The position numbers were made by a program, and so were the translations under genes. Below, piece after piece: positions 24,290-36,194 of a stretch of 64,000 nucleotides of DNA (within the stretch, counting starts at the first letter, position 1; the number at the start of each line of letters is the position of its first letter). The stretch lies in assembly GCF_040938485.1 (NCBI RefSeq), contig NW_027270946.1:868001-932000 (forward strand), read 5' to 3'. Under the pieces are notes generated by a model, which was given only the letters and a program-made list of their open reading frames with translations, was not told the DNA's origin and did no database searches. The DNA comes from Diadema antillarum. Taxonomy: Eukaryota.

Positions 24290-24480
24290 GGTCTTTGTAA
24301 TCGCCGCCATTATATACCGCACGGGCTTGTATTCTCTAGACGACGCGACGGTGTAACAAGTCACTGACTGTGCCGTAACATTGTCAATTTAATAACACTT
24401 GTGTGCATGTGATTTATCGTTGAAGCCGCAGACTTAGCTTCCCAAGCACTCAGTCTCGCCTCTCCCGTCCGGAAGACTTC
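24290..24480. promoter_or_regulatory. CpG-rich housekeeping-type promoter of GFUS, possibly bidirectional
   Basis: Local CpG enrichment in an AT-rich background, YY1-like CGCCGCCATTA near 24303, ETS-like CCGGAAG near 24470, immediately upstream of a GTAAGT donor. Confidence 0.5.
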
Positions 24481-24528
24481 TGGTTGAATCTGCATTCGTT
24501 ATCTTGATTCAGGACAGCAACAGCAATT
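24450..24528 (+). other. GFUS: Probable non-coding first exon of GFUS (start approximate)
   Basis: GTAAGT donor at 24529. The next exon has an acceptor only 8 nt upstream of the ATG, so an upstream exon is expected. Confidence 0.55.
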
Positions 24529-25565
24529 GTAAGTTAGCCAAAAACTTAATGATATTACCTCCACTGCCTCTCTGTTGACTGTAAATCATGCAAATGGGTT
24601 CCATAACTAGCCACAACGAGCAGCTCACACCACTCTCTGCGCGAGGCCGAGCTGCTGGCTGGCAGCCGGTCAGCCTTAGCTCCGCTTCGCTCCTCCGTAT
24701 GTGTATGTAAATTATGGACTGTTATCAAGCTTGGCTAGATTTTCTAACGTTACTCTAACGTTAACTGTTAACGTTAGATCTACCACTGCTGACAGCACTG
24801 ACTGCATCTAAAATTCAGCTTTTTCAGCTGTGGTAATGTTAAGCTAAGATTATCGACATTGCTATTGACACAATGGCATCGGATTCAAATTTAGTTATAG
24901 ACGGTTCTACTTGTGTGGTGTACTACTACTGTACTAGTAGTTCCCACTGTGTTTCATGAAGATCATCATAAATAAACGACACGTGTGCAGTGAGCCGTTT
25001 GCGTTACTTGCTACGACGCCAATGCCCAGAAGGGTTATCGGGGATATGTCCTCCTTTATTGTTTTTGACTCTGTATCTACACCCTGTAGATTGACAGCTC
25101 ATTCAAATTGACATTGGCAGAACTATGCCAGTTATGTAATTGCCAGTATTGCTTTCCATGATTCGTGTTGATATTAAGGATTAAGGTTTGCATTGATTGA
25201 ATAACCAGTTGAAGCATTGCATTGGCATGTCTAAAGTAACTTTTACTGCTAATCAGTGCTATTTGGATAGTATGGTAACTGCGACCAGCGCAAATGCGAA
25301 AGCATTCGTATTTCGCACTGTAGGATGTGGGATCTTGTAGTTGTAGAATTGTAACGTTGTACAGCCAATACAGGGTAGTATCGCAGCAATATTTCTACTT
25401 GAATACTAAAAGATGCCTCAATTTGAATACGTACCGATGTAGTTCAAGAATTATTGACAACAGGATAGCTCTTTAGTATACAAATGATGCACAGGATAGA
25501 GTGCGTTAGTTTGAGTGAGCTGCATCTCCACTAATGCCGCGAAATAATCCTGTGCATCATTTGTT

Positions 25566-25979
25566 TTATAAAATGGGTCAAAAACTTTATGAACAGCATT
25601 TTTCACGTACCTTTGTGGGTCAATACCAGTCAGCTACATGTAGCACTCGCTCAAGAGTCGAGATGTCTGAAGATGTTTGTCCCAAACATTTACGCACGTC
25701 GCACTCGGAAATCCCGCACATACGTACGCCACACATGTTATGCGCACAAGAAAGGCCGGCCGGCAGCGCGAACTAGAAGTTGTTTACAGGATTGACAGCG
25801 CGTATAGTAGCGAGCGACGCACTTGTAACGCGCGACGCACTTGTAACAACTGATTGAGTGCGCACTGCTAGTGTAAACATCGTGACGTCAGGCCGTACAT
25901 GTTAGTGAGAAATTAATGCACGCACACATGACTCATTTCAGCGCTTCCAATAGGCTACATTCTTGAACCCATTTTATAA
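25566..25979. mobile_element. MITE-like element in GFUS intron 1
   Basis: Inverted ends TTATAAAATGGGTCAA / TTGAACCCATTTTATAA, CpG-rich interior with a 2x GCGACGCACTTGTAAC tandem. Confidence 0.45.
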
Positions 25980-26723
25980 ATTATCAATAGTCAATTTACA
26001 AAACGCTGGTAGGAACCATGATCGGATACATTTGTAGATTGCAATACTGTTGCCATATCTCCTTGGCTAATATAATATTTCACATTTTAGTCAAATTCCA
26101 AACTGAACTGTGATATTGCAGTGCCATTTCGCACGTTTCATTTGACCAAAAGATCGGTTTGTATCTTGTTGGGGATATGTTTAATTCTGCGGAGACTGCA
26201 TCTGGCTTCACAGAATCCCATCTATGGAGGAGGGCCATGAAAGCCAAAAACTCCTTCATACATATAGATTTTTCTGTGTAAATTTACATGAGCATGTGTC
26301 CATTTTAAAAGCAAATACCGGTACTGACATTTTTTGCGGGCGAATGGAAACCAGTTTTACTTGTAGACTTCAGTCAATCAGGCGTAACTTCAGTAGCACA
26401 CGTAACTTTTAATCCTGTTTCACAAAGCTCCTATTGTAGTTGAGCAAAGTCCTGCATAAGTGTAAGCCTCATTCTTCATAGGTTACTTGATGCTCGTAAA
26501 ACCACATGTGTTAAGTTTTTTAGTTACGCTTAAGCTACTTTAGTGAAAGTCCACTAGAAGTGTAGAGACTATAGTTCAACTGCCAAGGCAAAATTGCCTT
26601 GTCATTTGCAGAAAGGGCAGATCAGCACGTTTGATGTTGATCTATATGTGACTATATAGCGCACAAACTGTAGGTGTCAGATTGACAGTTTTACACATTT
26701 TTAGCTGTGATTTGATACCCTAA

Positions 26724-26918
<195 letters not shown>

Positions 26919-27152
26919 TAAATGTTTTATTATTACATGCTTTTGAAGAATGGGTCAAGAAAATTCTGCAATCATATATTGGAAGGGCTGGACAATGACC
27001 CATTTTTTTTCTACTGGTCCGACTGTCTGTCGGACCAGTAGTTACCCAGTTTTTCCATCTTTTATCGGTCTATTCCTGCAAAAGTTACTGCTCCAACAGT
27101 GTTTTTTACTGGTCGGGGACAGTCAGACCAGGGCCGGCGTGCAAAGTTGAAT

Positions 27153-28564
27153 ATATGTGACCGGCGACAACGGTTTCAGGCAAAAGTCGGGAATTTTGAA
27201 AATTCATTTTTCCACTGAATCACATTGCCCATTTCCTAAGCTTTGCATTGATATAAAACACTTGTATTCTTCGGCACCATAAGTGGGCATAGCAAGAGAA
27301 ATAAAATGCACTTTGTAAGTTGTTAGCCTGACAAAATTGCGAGAAAACAGGCTTTGAAGATTCACCTCTTTCTCAAAGACTATGTCCGAGCGTCGATGCG
27401 AGGGGAGAATCACCCATCCGTACGATGGTGCCAATCGATGTTAAGCTCCGCCTCTAGCAACCACATCGCTTTCTGATTGGCTCACTGAGAGAGTCAAATT
27501 TCCCGGGCACCTTCCTCGGAGCTCAGCGCATGGAGCCGAAAAACAATGTGTTTCGCTCGGGTTTGTTTATAGTACGTCTTTCAAGATGGCGAATACGATA
27601 ATTGCACGTATGGTGTACATGTGTGTGGTGCACGCATTACGCAATGGCATCCACACGCCATGACCGTGTGCATGTAACAGGAGCGGTGGTGAATCCACAC
27701 ATTTACAAATCGCGTTTTCATTATGGTTGATTTGTCTATATCATTGGCAACCCTTTTGAAGGCAGAAAATTGCTTGTGCTGGCAAGGGTCACGTTTCCTG
27801 TTTGTGTTGTTTTTACAAGACACGCATATGTTGCTTTGTTCGGTGGTGCTAATTTTAATCAAAAAAACAAACAAACAAACTCGACTCGTTAGTTTGGTGC
27901 GATCTTGACGTGTAGTATTTGAATATAATTAGTCACATGTGACCGCTCCTTTCCTCTCATCTACTCCAGTACCTTCATGCTGTCATAATTTCTACTACTT
28001 GTACAAGTAGACAAGTTTGAGAATATCTAGTTTTCTCACTGTTATGTCATGCTACATGATTTTTGTTTCACTTCCGTTGTAGAACATTGCGGTAGAATAG
28101 TTTGGATAGAAAGCCAAACGAAGAGCACGCACTACAGAGCGAGCGTATATAAACCACTATAGCAAGAACAATGGAGCATGTAATCGTGCATGCGAGGACA
28201 AAGCATTCCCCAAACGCTGCAACTGGTGTCTCGAAAGCCGAATTATGTAAATGTATGCGACACACCAGCCAATCGCATGCGAGACCCTGCGCCGTAGCAA
28301 CGCTGGGGATATTGGCGCGGAGTTCGAAAGAAGCTCGAAACTGACGAGTGCGATCCAACATAGGGTGTTTAACATTCCATTTTCGATAGGAAAAACTTAG
28401 TCTTATGCTATGAAATTTAGTGTAGATGTAGAAAACATATCAAAGATTCGATTTCTGCAAAAAACCTAAATCGACAAAAATAATGGTCAAAATCTTTGTA
28501 CCCCGTCTAGGAGGGAATTTGCTCTTGCGACTTTTGCCTGAAACCGTTGTCGCGGGTCACATAT
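27153..28564. mobile_element. ~1.4-kb non-autonomous DNA transposon, superfamily unassigned
   Basis: 37-bp TIRs with one mismatch: ATATGTGACC(G/C)GCGACAACGGTTTCAGGCAAAAGTCG at both ends. No transposase ORF seen. Confidence 0.75.
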
Positions 28565-31500
28565 GGCAATCAGGAACTGTGTGTTATTTGTCTGAAATAA
28601 TGCTGAGTTGTCCCCAATTCCAAGTTAGCCTGGATCCCTCCATGGAATAAAAATTGCTACCAGTATTCCAACTTTTATTATTCTATGCTTTTTTTTTATC
28701 TCAAAATACTCCAAAACTGCTCATCGTCAGTGTCATCAGACACAAATTGGGTGCAAGACAGGTTCTCAAACCAGTACCGGAACTATGTGTTGCCTTTAAT
28801 TTTGACTACCATCTCTTACCCATTCCTTCCACCCATCCCACAAATTGTGATTCAAACCAAAGCTCCTAGCCGGAGTTAGGCTTCAAGCCACCGTTGCTGT
28901 CCAGATTTCTGTGACTGCTCTTAAGACTACTCAGAGATGTTTTTGTTTTTTGCCCCCTCCCCCCTCAATCTAATCAGCTTATTTACACCTTATTTCATGC
29001 CCCTTGGCCATGTACTGAGAAATTTCTGCGAACGATGTTAAAAATTGTCAAAACAAAACATGGGGAAGAAAGACAGACAGAAAACCCCATATTTAAATTC
29101 CTATAGCACCCTTCTGGACCAAATTTATGAATAAAGACTGCATTTGGAATCCAAGGAATGCCTAGTCCCATCTATTACCTTACTTGAGGAATTGCCTGTT
29201 GCACACAGCAGTTTGAATGCATACATTGTACACACACAAATTAATGATAAAACTGTATCATCCTCTCCCTCTGCAGTTTACATTTTATGACAGATCTGTC
29301 ACTACCCGCACACTATTCAAATTAACAATGGGCCTAATCACTCTCCAAGGTTGGAAGGTGCAGCTCTTAAATTCCTATGGTCTTACCAGCCAAAATTGTA
29401 CTCCCTGCTTAGTTTTCTTCCCTTATTCTATCTTAAGGAATAAGCAGTTTATCGGCTGAATGCTGCAGGACGGCAAAAATCCTTTCTGGAAAATTAGCTA
29501 CCCTGCTGAATTGAAGACCTTGTCAGCAGAATGGAGATCAATCACTAAATTGTCAAGAAAAGGCCACCACCACTGTTATTACTATGTAGAAAGGAGTATT
29601 CCTTAGATTTTATGTGTACATGCACAAAAATACCGTAGGCCTACTTCTACTCGTCTTTGAAGTTACTCAGCAGTCTCATCCCCGCGCGGGAAAGGGAAAG
29701 CCCCTAAAACTGCGTATGAAGCAAGCAACTAGTAAGATGTTTGTGCGCTGGTGAATTGTATCAAAATTTCACACGCTAGTAGCAAGCATTTGTGTGCTTG
29801 GCAAGAGCTCATGCAACTGATGAGACAAAATACGGTGTATTATTGAACAGCCAGTATAAACAACAGTAGCCTATGGGGAATTAATACATTGGCGTAGATG
29901 CTTTTGTTTCAATATGCTGTCAATCAAGTGTCATGTTAACGGTAAAAATTAAGAGGATGACAATACACAATTTCAATACGCCGCTATCAACGTCCTATAT
30001 AGATGATAATTAGAGTGGCTATCATCAGTGTGGCAATGTGCAGCCAGTAAAAATCAGCACACTGTTCTTGACCAATAATTAAGCAAGTATTAAGTTTTTT
30101 TTTTCAATTCCTATCTTACATAATGCTGCATCATAAGCTGATTCACAAAATAATCTATACGGCATTTTGAGCAGGTATGAATGTACTGCTCTCATCGCAC
30201 CTAAATTCATAGTTCCCATGATAAGACCTTGTATACATACAACAGACTGCCATGAGGTACATTGTACAATGCCTCTTATTCCCATGTCTGAGGGATATCA
30301 ACTCCCATTTTATGGCCTTTGGAGCTTGCTCCGAAGGTGGGGTCTACACTCATATTCTAGTGTATCATATTATTGACCAAGCTTTCAGGTAATCTCATTA
30401 TCTTTATGCATCTAATACAACAAAGTCAGTCTCTTAAAGTATTGTTGGAAGTTTTAGTTATTGCTGCATGCTTTCCCATATTTCCAAATATTTCACATAG
30501 TTTTGCCATTTTGTTTTGTTGTTTGCTGTAGATAATTTGTTTTTCGATAGCTCAGAAGTCATTGCTTAGAGGTCATGAGTTGAAGATTCCATATCATATT
30601 ATTCTATGATACACTTCACTCATGATTAGATACGATAAGAATGAAGTGAAGCCTGGGATATGTATTCATATTTGTTGGCTTTTTCTGTGATTTATCATCA
30701 AGTGGAAACTTACAATTGTATAAAGTTGTGCTTGAGGTAAATATTATTCACCCTTGTGTTCTTTGTTCAATTCAGCTTTGTCATGCACCAACGTTTTCTT
30801 CATTGAGGCATCCTCTCTGTACAAAGGGATTGATATATAAATCATCAACTGCGAGGGCGATGGTTGCAATCTGACACCACCTAGGTGATCCGTGAGGTGT
30901 CTATCAGGCTGAGCTGAAGGCAAGGGCTGATAGACCGTAGACACCTCACGGATCACCGAAGTGACGTTAGATTGTATCCATTGCCAGAGAAATAGGAGAT
31001 GATTATTTGCTTTATATCCCACATCGATTTACAAACTTTAGATTTGATAAAAATGTACTCCATCATCCACACGGATTTTTATTTTATAATCCTTCTGAAT
31101 GTTTACAACACAGGTGGTTGTACTGTAGAACCATGGTCCGCAGCACAGCGGCATTCAAATGAACGAGAGTAACGTTTATATGTAAGACGATAACAGGGGC
31201 GATAATGATGTATTGATAATTGTGCGATGTGTCCCACTAGAACTTGCTAGCTACCCGCATGGCCGATAGATGCGAGCAATACCTTTATCGATTCCAATCG
31301 CGGGTACATGTAAAAAGTGCCAACAAAAGAGATTGTCACATTACTACAAGTGATAGTCCCAAGGCATGGATGTTGGGAGAAAAACATAGATCTCTTATTT
31401 CATACCAACCAGCTCATAAATGTGTGAATTTGAATTTTACATATTACCTCTTTTCATTTCTATGAGGATCCTTTTTTCCTCTTTTTCGGTTCTTTTTTTA

Positions 31501-31589
31501 AAGGGGGTTTGGATGAGGCTAATACTTGATACATTTATAATACAATTTGGTCCTCTCATCACTGGCCCTCTATAATTATGTGGAAGAAC

Positions 31590-32310
31590 AAATTTCAGAA
31601 GAGATGTTTATAAGTACAAGCCAGTGTGACTGCAGTAAGCAAATTTCCTGGACTCCTGTTGAGAAGGATAGGAGTGAGATTTCTGAACAGATTGTCACCC
31701 ATTTGTTAAGGGCTGTAGATACTCCTGCTGCATGTGCTAGATCTTGTTCGTTTTTTGAACCCCAGTGTGCATAAAGTCTGTGATGTTTGTCTAATAGCCC
31801 ATGTCCTTTAGAGATGGCCACCGAATTTTGTTGCAAAAGGATGGTGTGCATTTGCGCAAATCTGTTGTCCACATACGGAAAACAAGGGTGGCATTTGAGC
31901 AAGTCTTTCAGCAAACAACCATTGTCTAGAAATTTGTGTGAAACTAAACCCAGGTTGAAGTGGTGCAGAAGCTGACTTTACCTTCTATGGAAGACCCATT
32001 TTAAATCTAGAGCAAATACGTCATACAGTCAATAAGGTTTGTCAAGCATCTTATCCATAGGACTGCTTTCAAAGGTCATTGTTTGAGAGGCATAGGATGC
32101 TCTGTAAGTACAGGGAAAGTGCTGTTGCAGTGTGGTCAACATCTAGAAAACACAGGTTTATTGAGCCATTGTGGCCTACTTTTTGTCTGGCCATGGGACA
32201 GCAATGTTGCCTCCGTGGCAGCTTGCATGCAGCTCAAAGACTTTCAGAAAGATTTGAGTAAAAGCCCCACATGTGCAGCTTTAGGAGAGCTTGGAATTTC
32301 AAGCTGCATG
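31590..32310 (+). mobile_element. Highly degraded non-LTR retrotransposon (LINE) ORF2/RT fragment
   Basis: Frame-shifted remnants in the expected order: GVRFLNRLSPI (~GVRQG..LSP), VCDVCLIA (~ADD..L.A), VKLNP, AVWS...IE, LSKSPTCAALGELG (~T.N.AV.GELG). Confidence 0.5.
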
Positions 32311-32739
32311 GTAATTTCCACCCCCAGGCCCCCACCCCTTCCCCCCACCCATCCAGGTTTCCATAGTAGCCAGTGCATTGTTGGCTGATAATCGAGTGTA
32401 ACGGTAGACCAATGGGATTGTGCTGACACTACACACACACTTGTACACTCACAAACTTACTTTAACAGAGCTCTCTAGAGGAAATATGAGTGATCAAAAT
32501 TGAGAGATCTATGTTAATATACAGACACTGAAGACAAAGTATGTATTTTTTAAGTAACAAGCAAATTACAGAATATATATAGTTTTTAAAGTAACACACA
32601 AGTTCACTGGAAAGTGCCAAATTTGAAATATTATGAAAAAGTATTGTTCTCTGCTAGAGTACTATACCATAGGTGGATACAGTGCTCATCCGTTAATCGG
32701 GAACCGCTTTAGCGGGAACCCGCCGCAGGACCCGCTTAA

Positions 32740-33650
32740 AGGGGATGGCTAGTAACTGATCAGTGGGAATCCCGGGGGATGATTGTTCCAATCCTTGTGG
32801 GACTCATTTAAGAGTACATTATATATCTATTGTTGTGTGAAAATTATTTGCTTCAGAATGGTCTCATATTCAAGTAATGTGCAATTCAATGTTTCCAGGT
32901 TAGCATGCCTGTACAGTGATGGGGCATTAAAGGACAAGTTCACCTTAGTAAACATAAGGTTTGAGAGAAAGTAGCAATATTAGTAGAACACATCATTGAA
33001 AGTTTGAGGAAAATCAGACAATCCGTTCAAAAGTTATGAATTTTTGAAGTTTTTGTGCAGTAACCGCTGGATGAGAAGACTACTGCAGTGTACGATGTCA
33101 CATGCGTACAACAATATAAGGAAAATATAAAGAGAATTTCACAAAATTCCATCTTTTGAAAAAAGTACACATTCCCCTGACTCGTTACCGACAAATGTTA
33201 TGGGTAATATTATTCCCCCTGCCTTTAGAAAGAGGCAAGTCAAGTGCTCTTTTATTATGCGAAAAAAGTTAAAATATGTTGAATTTTCTTATACATTTTC
33301 TTTATACTGTTGTACGCAAATGACTCACAAGCTGTAGTAGTCTCCTCATCCAGCGGTTCCAACACAAAAATTTAAAAAATTCATAACTTTTGCATCGATT
33401 GTCCAATTTTCCTCAAACTTTCACTGATGTGTTCTACTAACATTGTTGCATTCTCTCAATCCTTATGTTTATGAAGGTGAACTTGTCCTTTAAGCTGCCC
33501 ATTACTTGAATATGAGACTGTTCTGAAGCAAATGATTTTCACACAACACTAGTATAATATAATGTACTCTTAAATCAATCCCACAAGAATTGGAACAATC
33601 ATCCCCCAGCATTCCCACTGATTCCCACTGATCAGTCACTAGCCATCCCC
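32740..33650. mobile_element. TTAA-flanked foldback element (Kolobok-like) with ~160-190-bp arms, outer element
   Basis: TTAA then AGGGGATGGCTAGT ... ACTAGCCATCCCC then TTAA. The arms are reverse complements. Confidence 0.78.
32931..33489. mobile_element. Kolobok-like MITE nested in the previous element
   Basis: TTAA (32927-30) then AGGACAAGTTCACC ... GGTGAACTTGTCCT then TTAA (33490-93). Long internal inverted arms. Second copy at 56460. Confidence 0.85.
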
Positions 33651-34391
33651 TTAAGTGCAACAAAACTTGATGTAACAAATTTTTCACGTGTTATTTCCAC
33701 CGCCTAATCGGAACCATGAACTGCTTTATCGGGACAAATCTGGCTGAAACACTTCCATTGTCCGTGTATTAATGTGTAAAAATAAGAAGTAAATCCTTAA
33801 AAATGACAAAAAATTAATAAATTATTTTCTAACCAGTTCCCGATAGATTATGCCGATTGCAGTCTGAACATTTGCCGTTAAGACAGTGAGATGTAGTGCA
33901 GAGGCAGTCTTATGGAGCGTCACCTTATCATGCATTGTCAGCTTCTACTATTCTAACTTGTTTCACATTAAAAAAAAAATGAAAATAGCTCTTCTTGTAC
34001 AGTTGAACCTCTCTTATCCGGCCTCCCTTTATCCGGATCTCTCTATTATACGGATGCAATCTCGCCGTGATTTTTTTTTAAATTTTAATAATTACGGGAG
34101 GGAAGGGGGATTCCCAACTCCTTGAGAACTCCTACACAAACACACATGAATTACATATTACTTCCAACATGATGATCAAATTTTGAAGCGTAGTTTCGTC
34201 GACTTGTACTGTTTATTTTCAAGATCTACTTGATACATTTCTTAATTAAGGTAAATCATCCCAAGAATTTATAAAAGAAAATGATTTCATTCTTGCAAAC
34301 ACGAACCTCTATTTTGGGGTCTGTTACTGAGTGTAACAATGAAAAGGTTGCAGCTCGTATACACATTACTAGACATCAGCATGTGGTACTA

Positions 34392-35740
34392 CAGTGCACT
34401 CCCGTTATAACGAAATGCTCGGGACCGGCCGTTTTCTTTCGTTATAACGAAATTTCGTTATAACCGAACAAATACAATATATAACAAAAGCAAGGTAACC
34501 ACGCATTATATCATATTATGTTTGTTGAATACACATCATACACTGGAAAGCTATGTGAAATGGAATGGTACCTTTTTAATTTCGTTTGGATATTACATTT
34601 AAAAGAGAGCATAAAGTTGTTTTTGTCACACAATAAGTCGTGTAGAAAATGATAGTTTAGGATTCCGTTACAGTTCGCTATTCCAAAGATTCGTTTCTTA
34701 CTAAAGTTCGTTACTCCGAAAGACTCTTTGTTCAGAAGTTTCGCCATTCCCGGGAATCCAAAGGTTTGTTCATTATTCTGAAGCTTCGCTCTTCCGACGA
34801 TTCGTTATTCCGAAAGTTCATAATTTAGATATAAATATTTTGTTGTTCGTTTTCCGAAGGCTCGTTGATTGGAAAATGAAATGAGTTTCGTCATTCCGAA
34901 GGTTTGTAAATGAAAGAATGAGAATGGTTCACTGTTCTGTAGGTTTTTTAAATCCGACAATGAAATAAGGTTTGTTATTCCGAAGAAGGTTTGTAAATTA
35001 AAAAAAAAAAGAAAATGCGAATGGTTAGTTATTTCGTAGGTTCGGTTATCTTAAGACGATTATGAAGTTTGCAATTCCCAAGTTTTGTTAGTGGACACAC
35101 CTTTTTTTCACCTTTGGATTAACGAAACTTTTTTTAATGTTCCGATTAACGAAAGTTTAGAACTCCTATAATTTCCTGACTAACGAACCCGTCGTAATAA
35201 GAACCATATCTCATTGTCGGTTTAACGAACTTTAGTAATAACGAACTGTTTGAATAACGCCAAATGTTCGTAATAACAAACCCTATTTCATTTCCGAACC
35301 AGCGGACATTTAGGTGTATAAGAATCTGTGTGTTTTGTAATAAAGTACCTTCGGAACAATAAAACGAACCTTGTTTGATTTCAGATTATTGTATTACAAT
35401 AATGCAAGTCCCCCTCGGAAACTGTGAAGGGCACAAAGAGCGAACACGTACACAGTGATGTGAAGCGTTCGCCCATGCAGAGACGCTATAAATGCTTATT
35501 CCGCTACGTATTTTCGGAAGCGATTCGCATTTCGTTATAACGGAGCACATTTCTTTTGTTTTTCTTTGTCAGTGGTTCTCAGAAAAGATTTCGTTATAAT
35601 AGAAATTTTGTTATAACCGTGTTCGTTATAAACGAATTTTGTACCACAGACTTCAATGCCGATAATTTTGATACCAGAAGTTTTACTTCGCTATAACGAA
35701 ATTTTGTTATAACCGCGTTCGTTATAACGGGAGTGCACTG
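34392..35740. mobile_element. Pogo/Tigger-like MITE, middle layer
   Basis: TA then CAGTGCACTCCCGTTATAACG ... CGTTATAACGGGAGTGCACTG then TA. Collinear in reverse with 42077-42610 apart from an ~815-bp insertion. Confidence 0.88.
34570..35385. mobile_element. Inner insertion with subterminal TTCGTTATTCCGAA-type repeat arrays
   Basis: Motif is direct in the left half and inverted (ATAACGAAC/TTAACGAA) in the right half. Absent from the 42077-42610 copy. Boundaries approximate. Confidence 0.65.
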
Positions 35741-36029
35741 TACAATGGGCTACATCAGTATATGTATAGATCTATGTATAGACAGTCTATGTACATGTTT
35801 AAAGCATTGAATCTCCCGTGTCCCGCCAAATCCCCTATCCGGATGAGCCCCAGTCCCGACTTGTCCGGATACGAGAGGTTCAACTGTATTTTTCTTTTCC
35901 AGTGATCTACAAACTTTTACACAATTGAGAACTTTTTTTAACATCAGACAGAGCTTTCCCTCAAGTTGTTGAGATATTTATTTTTTTTTGTAATTACCTC
36001 ACCTTTGCTTCTCACTGTTTTTACTTTAA

Positions 36030-36194
<165 letters not shown>

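Larger units (their letters stand above)
34000..35886. mobile_element. Tc1/pogo-like element, outer layer of a triple nest
   Basis: TA then CAGTTGAACCTCTCTTATCCGG ... CCGGATACGAGAGGTTCAACTG then TA. Confidence 0.8.

Noticed and set aside
23947-24300. Overlapping 109-117-aa ORFs at the promoter
   Set aside because: No recognisable domain; ORFs on both strands are expected in a locally GC-rich promoter region.
34655-35380. Short repeats separated by variable spacers (CRISPR-like appearance)
   Set aside because: Repeats are degenerate, irregularly spaced and switch orientation midway, as expected for transposon subterminal arrays.
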